DNA from: Hormiphora californensis
Taxonomy: Eukaryota > Animalia > Ctenophora
Assembly: GCA_020137815.1 (NCBI GenBank)
Contig: CM035360.1
Coordinates: forward strand, 5,456,001-5,520,000
Reading direction: 5' to 3'
Length of the DNA stretch: 64,000 bases
The position numbers were made by a program, and so were the translations under genes. Position 1 is the first letter of the stretch. Every line of letters starts with the position of its first letter. Of the stretch, positions 53,480-64,000 are shown piece by piece. The notes beneath the pieces were generated by a model. It saw only the letters and a list, made by a program, of their open reading frames with translations, ran no database searches and was not told where the DNA came from.

Positions 53480-54083
53480 CTGTGTGTGATTTTGCTGTTT
53501 TGTGTGATTTTGCTGTTTTAGCTGCTGCTGATGACTGACCACACGACGGGGCGATTTGATTTTAATATTTTGAGTTAAGACTTGACAAGGAGGACCCACT
53601 CGCTGGGAAATCCGCACGCGTTTAGATTGATTGTGTGTAAATTTAATTTGATTTGATTTGATTTGATTTGAAGGCTGAGGCTGAAAAGTAAAAGCACAAC
53701 AGCAGTTTCCTAGTGCACGAAGTTTAGTGAGAAATCGATTTAAAAGGCTGTGAGCTCACCAGACACCAAACATTTGCCTACACAACTCTTATGCACAATC
53801 CATTAAGCCTAGAAAATAGTAAAAAGTGAATGAAATAGCTGCTAAACACACTTTTGAACGTCGGTTCAGCCTTCCATTTTGGATTTTCGGGAAAAAATCG
53901 CGAAACACGAAACGTTTCGCGAAACGAAATTTCGACTGATATACGGCGCGCGTCTTCTTTTTTACGCTGCATTTGTAGCGCCGCGCATCTCGATCGTTGC
54001 ATTTTTCATTTCATAAAATTTTGAAACTCGCATTTTATTTTTTAAACACGATTTTTTACACGATTTTGCTGGAAAACATTAAA

Positions 54084-54289
54084 ATCTGGGTGTTCTGAGT
54101 GTCAGCACTCACGGTTTTTAGGGTAAGGGCTAAATTAAGGTTGTGGTTAGAGCTGGGGTTCGGGTTGGCGTTAGAGGTTGAAATTTCCTATCAGAAAAAC
54201 TGAATTTATCCCAAAACGGACTTTAAGTACAGGGTACTTTTTGGTAGCCCGCATCTGTACACAGGCTTCATGCCTTTAAATACCCAGAC
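54084..54289. mobile_element. Diverged copy of the 4842-5064 MITE
   Basis: Shares atctgggtgtt...acggtttttaggg...atttccta.cag...acccaga with the first copy. Confidence 0.65.
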
Positions 54290-54637
54290 CGATTTTGCCT
54301 AAATATTTTGACGTACCACGGCTACCTTTAGCCGTATCTTTGTAAAACGTTACGTGGACATTGGAATTTGGAAACGTATAGAGCTCACGAGTCCTGAAAT
54401 ATCGATGCTCGAGCAGCGAGCTTCAAGTTTATACTGTATTTTTCGTGATTCATGCCAGTTATTCAAGGCCCCATAATCAGGGAGTCTATAAGATTTCTAA
54501 TGATTAGGATAATCGTGAAAGGACTGCCGCCTACTGTGTTCTTGGATGATAGACACAACTTATTTCCAGATTTTAATCAAATTCACACTTTATACAATAT
54601 CAGTATTGTCCCACATCAAATGTTGAATTCCTAAATC

Positions 54638-57600
54638 CTAGTTCGCTTCACTGTTCTCGATGACCCCATCCAAAGCAGTGGTCTCGACAGCTCCAAAAAG
54701 CTCATTAAAGACACTAGGACTCCTCACATCCACACTCACTCCTCGTCTGTAGCTGTTAACCTCATAAGCAGCTCCTCCATGTTCAGCAATATCGAGACCA
54801 ATCTTCTCCGTTTCCAGGCTGACCCTCAGTCGTTTTGTAACCTGAGTTATTGAGGTATTAGGTGGCTCTTTAATAACAATCATATGCTAAATGAGACAAG
54901 CATGATGTGTTACCTTGAGAATGGCAAAGATGGCAATAGCAAAGATGGAAGTCCAGACAGTCACTGCTAGGACAAACACCAAATTAGCCAAGAACTGCCA
55001 GAGACCATTTCCACCACACTGAGAATAGTTAATTTTAGAAATCAGGAAATACTGGTCCCTGATTGGCTGATAACCAGTCACGTAACCTAAATAACGTGTT
55101 CTGATTGGCCAAGAACTGCCAGAGACCATTTCCACCACACTGAGAATAGTTAATTTTAGAAATTATCTGCACCAAAAATGTCCCCATTGAATAATAAGAC
55201 AGTGATTGTCAGATATTCGTGCCATTTTGAGATCAGTAAAAGAGCAATGTTCCTTACCTTGAAGAAGAGACCGCAACTTCCAGTACCATATGCAACAGCC
55301 ACATTATCGGGATGGGCAAAGAGCCCGGCAGCGATGGTTCCCCACGCACCACAGAACAAATGAACTGGGGAGGCATCCACAACATCATCAATCTTCATCT
55401 TCTCAAGCAGCTAGAGAGATGTTTGTGTGGTTAAAAACAGTTATGCACCGTTAGGTTAACTGTTAGTTAGTTAAAGTTAGTAATCAGTGATCACTAATCA
55501 CGGTTATTAGTTCATTTATGTTCTAGAATTGTGCAAAACTTTGTTAATACCTTGGATGATCCGAAGTAGATGAAACCTCCGATGAGTCCGGTCAGGAATG
55601 CTAGCTCAGGATTGATAACACTGCACCCTGCTGTAATACTGACAAGACCTCCCAGGATTCCGTTATTAGTTCGGGCAACGTCAATTGTGTTGTCGATAAC
55701 CCATCCCAGAATAGTTGCAACAATACCTGATTAGAGGGTTCGTGTGTAGTCAGGAAATTGGATTTGATATAATATATCAGCTATCTCGATAACTTTCCTA
55801 ATTTTTTTTCTAATTTTCTAACTTTCTCTCTGTCTTTCTAGGCTCATGGCAAGTGTGACGCTAAAATGCACCTATCCTGGAGGCAGTGCGGTACTGCGGA
55901 ACACTCACCACGGAAAGTACCCTCTCTGACCTCCAGGAGGTAATTCAAAGTGTATCAAGCATTTCAGTTGGGGAGCAGAAACTGAAGAGTGGGTTCCCAC
56001 CCTAAACTAGTCGCGTTGGATGATTCCAGTGCGGTGCTGAGTGCAGTTGGAGTGCGGAGTGGGGATAATATTACGGTTGAGAAGGGTGAGGCAAGGACTA
56101 CATCAGCTGTAATGAAACAAGGCAGGACGATAAAACGGCACATTGTCCCAGCTAATAATTCATGTCTCTTTGCATCACTTGGTTTCTTGTTACAAGCAGA
56201 TGGTGGTGATAGCATGGCTGCCTCGCTGCGATATGTTGTCGCCAGTACGATAGTAGGGAACCCATCTGACTACCCTGAAGTAATGCTAGGAAGGGACCCT
56301 CTCAGCTATGCTGAGTGGATCCAAAAATCAGAAGTCTGGGGAGGTGGAATTGAACTGGCGGTCCTTTCGAAGCACTTTACAACAGAAATCCATGTGGTTG
56401 ATACCCAGTCTCTCAGGATTGATAAGTTTGGTCAGGACCTCCAGTGTTCTGACAAGGTCTACGTGATTTATGATGGTATCCACTATGATCCCACTATATG
56501 AGGATACCAGCCGAGGAGCTGTTACAGTGTTCCCAGTTGGGAGATATAGAGATTGAAAACGCTGCACTTCTAGTCGCTTCCCAGGCTAAAAGGTCCCATA
56601 ACTTCACGGATTTAGCTAACTTTACCCTAAAGTGCGGGACGTGTGGTACGGGGTTGAAGGGAGAGAATGATGCCAGGGACCATGCTAAGAAAACAGGACA
56701 CACAAACTTCGAGGAGTATAGTTAGTAGCTGATATTAATAAACTGGGATTCGAGTGATATTATCATGATTTATAGGGAGAATGGAGATAGGGGGATAGTG
56801 AGATGTCATCATGATCTGAGAGTGACAATATCATCTACAGGGTGTCCCATATATTCTGTGGGTCGGTTGGCGAGCTGTCACGCAAAAACGGTGATAGTTG
56901 TGTGAAAACAAACTACGGGAGTGTGCTGGATTAATTCCTTCCTAACTGGCTTTGTTTTTAAATTAAATTTCAAAAGTTCATTTTTCATGAATGAACATTC
57001 CTGTCATTCCTGTATTAGGAGACACAAGCTATACCACGCTAGTCCCTGATCCCACTAGTCATGATTTAGGGAGTTTTCTTGTGTTGGGTTGAATATTTGT
57101 GTTTTACTAGTAATAATTATGAGTTTATAGTTAGAAAACAAATGGTTTAGTAAAGAGTACTTATATTTAAACTAATAGCTATTATTTATCTATTAAATAT
57201 ATTGTGTACTAAGCTTTTCCATACTGTGGTATGTCTGTATAACTTGTACCGTTTTTATGACAATACTTCTATCAACAGGCTTGTTTCTCTATTACAACCC
57301 AACCCCCATTTAACCCATTATCCTCCGCTCTCTAGCTACGTATTCTTCATAAACAATCATTTAACACAGTTGATAAATGATAAGCCATATTTCCCACGTC
57401 TTACCGGAGGTAGCAGCAGAGATGGTAGTAGTGACTGCTACCATGCCCGCCACATCAGCAGCACCACCATTCATAGTCAGGGTACTGCCACAGTTGAACC
57501 CGTACCAGCCCAGCCAGAGAATCAGAACACCCACTGTCTGGAAGGTGGTGGACTGCTGGGGCAGGTATCGGAGTTTCCCCTCCCTGTATCGGTTGTGTCG

Positions 57601-58522
57601 GGGCCCTGGTGGAAATATATTGTTGTCGTCTCATGATCGTTTCATATCGAAAACATTGAAGCTTTGAATCATAGCTTTAAGCTACACTGTTTTATTGTAC
57701 AGGAAAAGAGATACAATGTGAAAACTGATCTCCCTCATCAGTATTCAGCAGGTGTGTGTGGCTACTATTACACAAGTTTTAGCCACGTGTGTATGTACCT
57801 AGGAAAGCAGCTCCGATGAGGGCAGTGACACCGCCAACCATGTGTACAACTGTGCTGCCAGCAAAATCAATAACTCCTGTTCCAAACAGCCTGTCTTCCT
57901 CAGGGACAAAGGCAGACGCCCAACCGTCTGTGAATATAGGGGTTAGAGTCCTACCATCTGTAGTGTGGTAATGTAGTGGGTTAGAGTCTTTGTTAGCATA
58001 ATGGAAGTATTATATTCATCAACCACACCATCATTTTATGAAATTAAATGCGGTGTGAGCCACACAAGTAATACAGAGAGAGTTTGTTGTTCGATTACTG
58101 AGTAGAAGCTTGGTAAAACTGGTCGTATTGTTGCTCAAGCCTTGAGCAAGGAACACTTACTTCCCCAACCCCAGTGAACAACAACAGGGTAGATAAAACC
58201 AGTAAGGAAGAAGGAGTAGATGAAGTAGGCGATCATCTTGCACCTCTCGGCAACAGCTCCTACGGTAGAGATTTAGTAGAATATTGGGTCACAAATTGGT
58301 TTAGATTGAAGTCTCAGTAGTGCCCTCCCGAGAACAGTGCCCTTCAGTCTGAAAGAGCGGGTATTTTGTAGAACTGGTACTTACCTGAGACGATTGTGGC
58401 GGCGGTGGCAGCGAAAGCCCATTGAAACAGAAAGAATGCATAATCGTATCCCTTGTAGAACATGCCAGCAGCCTTCTCCTCCTCACTACCTCGGACACTT
58501 GAAAGAGCAAAGTTCTCAGCAC
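54638..58522 (-). CDS. amt: Ammonium transporter (Amt family); 5' exons not found in the window
   Basis: Exons ~58385-58522, 58161-58260, 57799-57927, 57404-57606, 55551-55727, 55258-55410, 54914-55018 and 54638-54841: [76 protein letters not shown]. Both pore histidines are present. Confidence 0.95.
55846..56725 (+). CDS. YOD1: OTU1/YOD1 deubiquitinase nested antisense in an Amt intron; four +1 frameshifts
   Basis: UBX-like N-terminus (GFPP), OTU domain (ANNSCLF, WGGGIEL, YDGIHYD) and C2H2 finger (CGTC...[13 protein letters not shown]). Shifts near 55902, 56000, 56492 and 56541. Confidence 0.9.
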
Positions 58523-58600
58523 CTAAATAGAGAGAGGGACAGATAAAATGACTTTACTTTTGGAGTCAGCTCGGCAAGTACAAGGGTTTTTTACCAACTA

Positions 58601-59034
58601 GATCCAAAAACCAAACAAGTTTGGTGGATAGCCGGGGCCGCAGAAATTAAAAAACGTGCGAAAGTTTTGATACATGAACTTTCGGGGCCTGGGGTGCTAT
58701 TAAATTCGCGTTTCCATGATTATAACCAGCAAAATTTTCAAACTATACGCCAGGAAAACTATCGCAATGATCAAATTATCTTTTTTTTAATTCCATATTA
58801 TCATACATACAGATCCACACATGTCACATATAGTGCAGTGTGCACAGTGGGTCGTTTCAGAGTCTGTTTTACAGAATAATATTATAATAGTGTGTTTTGA
58901 AAGAACGGCTGATTATCATGGAAACGCGAATTTAACAGCACCCCAGGCCCCGAAAGTTCATGTATCAAAACTTTCGCACGTTTTTTAATTTCTGCGGCCC
59001 CGGCTATCCACCAAACTTGTTTGGTTTTTGGATC
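58601..59034. mobile_element. MITE with ~120-bp TIRs and probable TA TSD
   Basis: gatccaaaaaccaaacaag...ttccatgat is inverted at ~58915-59034; TA on both flanks. Confidence 0.85.
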
Positions 59035-59299
59035 TAGTATCAGGCATTTTGTTATACTATGACATGCATTTTGTAATACTAGCTGAATTTAATAAACGTG
59101 CGGATTGGGGATTCACGGCCATTTTCGATCGTAGGTAGCCTCATAATAATCGCAGATATCTAATCTCGGTTATCAATTGCGAATAACTAATATGTTAGTA
59201 ATCGCAGACAACCAATCACGGATAGCTGATCACAAATCCGTTATAAGTTATCGCGATTAGTTTAAGTTATCGCGATCATTAGCTATCGCGATTAGCTAT

Positions 59300-62200
59300 T
59301 AGTCAGGGCATATGATGTTAGATTTTCGGCATAATTGTTATAAAGCTAATTCCACTTCTAGGAGGTCCTATTGGGTCCCTAGAACCACCAAAAAAAATGT
59401 TCGCGATTTGGTGGATGAAGAAGTTGGGTTTCCGGGCCACGCCCTTCTACCTATGTTTTGAGCCTGAGGCAAAAAACTCCAAAACTGCGCTTAGGGAGGA
59501 GTAGGGACAAAATCAAGGGCACTAGAGTGTTCAGCGTCCTCGCATTAGTGGGGGTAGGTGCTGGAATTAAGTCTCTATCTTATCTGGTTAATTGGATAAT
59601 TCGATAATTAGCTCTGCGCATAGCCGTTTTTGGCCATATGGCTATAGCCATGTTAGGAAAGGAGTAGAGACAAAACCAAGGGCACTAAAGTGTTCAGCGT
59701 CCTCGAATTCTTCTTCTTCTTCTGGGAGGACGCTGGCTAGTGCGAAGCACTAGCCAGTAAGGGGTGGGTGCCATGGGGCTCCCGTTCCCCGTCCTGGGTG
59801 GTGTGGCTGGTATGTTGCCAACTGCTTCGGCCCAAGGAGACTTGGGGAGCTGGTGCCATACCAGGTCACAGGGGAAACCTCCCTTTAAGGGGTGGTTTCA
59901 GGGGGGTGAAGTATCTCCATCGCCTTCTTATAGAACGAGATCGTTTTTCTAAGGGGTTGATGGTGTCTAATTTCGTACATGCTGAGGCCCAGCCTGTCAA
60001 AGGATTCCTGTCGGAGTTTCCAAAGGGCGGGGCATTCAGTAAGTACATGCTTTATTGTCTCGTCTTCCATCCCACATGCTGCACAGGTTGTGGTCTCGAC
60101 TTTTTTTAATTTTTTCATGTGGTAGTTAAGGTGGCAGTGCCCTGTGAGTAGGTGTGTCGCCGCCCTTAGGTCTGTTCTATTAAGTTTTTGAAGAGGTCTC
60201 TCATATCTTTCGGTCCACATCATGTCCATATGTTTGGTTTGTTTGATGGGTCCGGTTTTAACCTTCTCCCTGAGGGCTGCATAGGCTGCCGCTTTGGGAA
60301 TTGGTATGAGAGTAACTTCTTCGATTTCCTGAGCACCCCTCTTTGCCAAGATGTCTGCTATTTCGTTTCCATCGTACCCTTGATGGGCCGGGATCCATCT
60401 AATCATGACATCGTTGAATATGGCTAGGGTGTTCAGATTTTTGATAGTCTTTATCGTGGTTTTTGATCTGCATGTCGTGGAGTCTAGGGTCTTTATTGTC
60501 CCTTGACTGTCACAGTTTATGAGTATTCGCTCGTTAGCTGTTCCCCTATCCAGGAGATATTGAGCCGTCTGTTGTATGGCATACATTTCTGCCGCCGGGA
60601 CAGTTCCTTCGGGGCCTAGGTTATACGAATTTCGAGCTAGCTCTGTTTCGCCAGAGTGGATAATGTATCCTGCACCGGCATTGTTGTTAATTTTTGACCC
60701 ATCAGTGTGTGCAACTATCGTGTACTTGTCTCCATCCTCCAAAAACGTCTCCCTTTCTGGGATCTCTAACGAGAATTCCCTGTCTAGGGTGAGTTCCGGG
60801 GTTGTGAGATCGTGACATCTGCCCTCTGCTTCCAGAGTTCTGAGATCACGTGATACCGTGTTGGCATGCGAAGTGAACACTTTTGGGGTCTTTAGGTCTG
60901 ATTTTATTGGCCCTTCCCATTCTCCCGTTGCCATTAGGGTGTATGCAGTTTTGGCTGCACAGTACCTCAGATGGTCGGTGATCGGGGCGGTGTTTGTGAT
61001 TGTGTCTAGGGCTGTTGATGGCGTCGAGGGCATGGCCCCAGTTACCATCTTGAGTGCTAGCCTCTGTACCCTTATCATGTTTTCTTTGTTTGTTTTGGTT
61101 CGCATTGCATTAGCCCAGACCATTGCCCCGTAGCATAAGGTGGGTCTCACTATTGCAGTGTATATCCATAGGGCCGTTTTAGGGTTTAGTCCCCACGTGG
61201 GTCCCACCACTTTACGGCACTGCATCAGGATATTTTTTGCTTTTTTTATTTGTTTGTTTACGTGCTCGTTCCAGTTCAGTTTGCTGTCAAGGGTAATCCC
61301 TAGAAACTTCGTGGATTCGGACACTTTGATAGGGTTACCCTGAATTTTGATCGGGTTTCCAATTTTCACATTTTTTCGATGGGTGAATATGACTACATGC
61401 GATTTCAGGGCACTTAGTTTGAGCCCTACTGTCTTACACCAGGCGTTTATGGAATTAAGCCCCTTCTGGGTCGCGTCCCTTAGAGGGAGTATGTCCGCAG
61501 AGGGTCCATTTCTTCCGGAGGGCATTGTGGTTGCTACTATATGACATAAGTCATCCGCAAAGCCCTGTAGTTCACCTGGTATATTCTTTTTGCTATGGTT
61601 TAGTAGATCGTCCATTACCAGGTTCCATAGGAACGGGGAAAGTATTCCTCCCTGGGGACAACCCCGGGTGGCTCTTATAGTAAGGGACTCTTCCATTAGG
61701 TTCGTGGTTATTTCGCGGTTTGAGATCATGTAGGTGATCCAGACCGCTGTTCTTTTGTGGCGTAGCTTTGCATGAAGGGCGTCCTCGAATTAGTGGGGGT
61801 AGGTGCTAGAATTAAGTCTCTATCTCATCTGGTTAATTAGATAATTGGATAATTAGGTCTGGGCATAGATATTTTTGGCCATATGGCTATAGCCACTTAG
61901 GAATGGTTTATCGACTTTTCATTGGTGCCATTTTGTTCAGAAACAAATTTCAATCTAAGAGTTGTGGAAAAATTTAGAGCCTATCTCTTACCGTTTTGGC
62001 GTTATTTGCGGTCAAAGTATGCCAAATCAGCCGAAAATGCCAAAAAATTAGTTAATTGGTCTACTTTGACCGCAAATAACGCCAAAACGGTAAGAGATAG
62101 GCTCTAAACTTTTCCACAACTCTTAGATTGAAATTTGTTTCTGAACAAAATGGCACCAATGAAAAGTCGATAAACCATTCCTAAGTGGCTATAGCCATAT

Positions 62201-62710
62201 GGCCAAAAATGTCTATGCCCAGACCTAATTATCAAATTATCTAATTAACCAGATGAGATAGAGACTTAATTCCAGCACCTACCCCCACTAATTCGAGGAC
62301 GCTGAACATTTTAGTGCCCTTGGTTTTGTCTCTACTCCTTTCCTAACATGGCTATAGCCATATGGCCAAAAACGGCTATGCGCAGAGCTAATTATCCAAT
62401 TATCCAATTAACCAGATACAATAGAGACTTAATTCCAGCACCTACCCCCACTAATGCGAGGACGCTGAACACTCTAGTGCCCTTAATTTTGTCCCTACTC
62501 CTCCCCTAAGCGCAGTTTTGGAGTTTTTTGCCTCAGGCTCAAAACATAGGTACAAGGGCGTGGCCCGGAAACCCAACTTCTTCATCCACCAAATCGCGAA
62601 CATTTTTTTTGGTGGTTCTAGGGACCCAATAGGACCTCCTAGAAGTGGAATTAGCTTTATAACAATTATGCCGAAAATCACCATGAAATTGACATCATAT
62701 GCCCTGACTA
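59300..62710. mobile_element. Large foldback element interrupted by a retrotransposon
   Basis: Left arm 59300-59709 plus 61779-62018 is the reverse complement of 62062-62710; each arm has an internal ~180-bp repeat. Confidence 0.88.
59710..61778 (-). mobile_element. Loa/R1-like non-LTR retrotransposon (RT, RNase H, CCHC), 5'-truncated
   Basis: ORF 59885-61729: GCPQGGILSPFLW, GFADD, TDGSK, AEMYAI, CDSQ, WIPAHQG..GNEIAD, CAAC...H...C. (AAG)n tail; 13-bp TSD gcgtcctcgaatt at 59697-59709 and 61779-61791. Confidence 0.95.
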
Positions 62711-62989
62711 TATCTGCGATTAGCTATCGCGATTAGCAATCTGCGATTAGCTATCTGCAATTGGTTACTAAAAGTCAAGACTAATATATTACTTATTCGC
62801 GATAAGTTATCGTGGTTAGCTATCCGCGATTACTATTATTTATTGGTTATCACTTATCAGCGATTGATATCCGCGATTGGTTCTCCACGATTGACGATTC
62901 TTCTATGATTTTGATTATCATTCACGGATAATGATCACGGATAAGCATTGGTAATAAGATATATCTGATACAATCAGCTTCTAGATGCT

Positions 62990-63790
62990 AAATCGCTCTT
63001 TTATCGGTGGTTTTTAAAATCGTCATATATTTAAGACAGTCATAACTCTAGATATGACTACCGATTATAATTGAAAATGCGGCAGTTAACCTAATTTTAT
63101 AAAATAAATTTGTTTCAATTACAATTTAGACTCTGAATCGCTTTTTTCTAGGTGTTTTTAAAATCGTCTTAAATTTAAGACAGTCATAAATCTAGATATG
63201 ACTACCAATTATATATGAAAATACAGCAGTTGACCTACGTTGGCAAAATATATGTGATAAAATCATGATTTATAGTTTAATTTGCTCTTTTCTAGGTTTT
63301 TTGAAAATCGTCTTAAATCTTAATACAGTCAGATGTCCGTAACTGTAGAACCGTAACTCGGATTTGCTTGAAATTTTGAACGTGTGTTCAAGATGTCAAG
63401 GCAACACCACGTACCAAGCGGCGTATTCGTAGAACGACGGGAAGGCTGTCTTAGGCGCCAAAGAAAACTTAAGACAGTCATAATTTTTGTTATGACTGTC
63501 CGTTTTCTCTGTCCAAGCTTTAATACAAGGTACACCACTAGACCTACCGACTCCCAAAGTTTAATGGTGATAGCTTTAAAACTGTGGCCTCTATTGTGTA
63601 CGCAAAAAAGTGGTTATTTTACGGTGGTTCGTGACGCGAAAAACGGACATTTTGTCTAAAATACGACCCTCTGTAACGTAAAAACCGTAACTCCGATTTG
63701 CATGAAATTTTAAACGTGTGCTCTAGGTGTCAAGGCAACACGAACTACCAAGCGGCAAGTTCGTAGGACAACGGGAAGGTTGTCTAAAAC
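62990..63790. repeat. Degenerate ~145-bp tandem repeats plus a ~110-bp dispersed duplication
   Basis: aatcgct...aaaatcgtc..aaatttaagacagtcata recurs about three times; 63353-63455 resembles 63686-63785. Confidence 0.7.
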
Positions 63791-64000
63791 AAAGTTGAAA
63801 TTGCCGATTTCAGACAATAAGTATAGTAGCGCTGTCAAAATTTTCAAAAATTTTCAAAAAATTTTTTTCTCGCTTTTTCGATTTTCCATTCACTGGAAGC
63901 AAGAATGCTTGGAAAATTGACATTTTTAAGGGAAGGATGGTTGGGGGGAGGGAGGATTGGGCCCCGGGCGCTTGCCAGCGCTATGATAAAAACATTTTTG

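Larger units (their letters stand above)
49230..53670 (+). mobile_element. CR1-group non-LTR retrotransposon, apparently full length
   Basis: Two uninterrupted ORFs and a 3' (ATTTG)n tail at ~53645-53670. The 5' boundary is approximate. Confidence 0.9.

Overview
Intron-rich animal genomic DNA with (GA)n microsatellites and one 100-N gap. It is probably a ctenophore (Pleurobrachia-like), inferred only from recalled repeat families. Spliced genes reconstructed by eye: PHTF-family gene (-, partial), an orphan secreted protein (-), an anoctamin/TMEM16 (+, about 16 kb), an IPNS-like 2OG-Fe(II) oxygenase (-), an INPP5K/J-like inositol 5-phosphatase with a SKICH domain (-), a single-pass membrane protein with a tyrosine-motif tail (-) and an Amt ammonium transporter (-, partial). 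Three host genes carry nested genes: a sulfotransferase in the anoctamin, two paralogous secreted proteins in the phosphatase, and YOD1/OTU1 in Amt. Mobile DNA includes three non-LTR retrotransposons (RTE, an apparently intact CR1-group element, a Loa/R1-like element with RNase H), large foldback elements and MITEs. Best leads are an anoctamin with a degenerate Ca2+ site, a transmembrane-adaptor-like phosphotyrosine protein, the nested paralog pair, a possibly secreted 5-phosphatase, and repeated tandem duplication of splice sites. Exon coordinates are manual and approximate. Many +1 frameshifts look like homopolymer sequencing errors.
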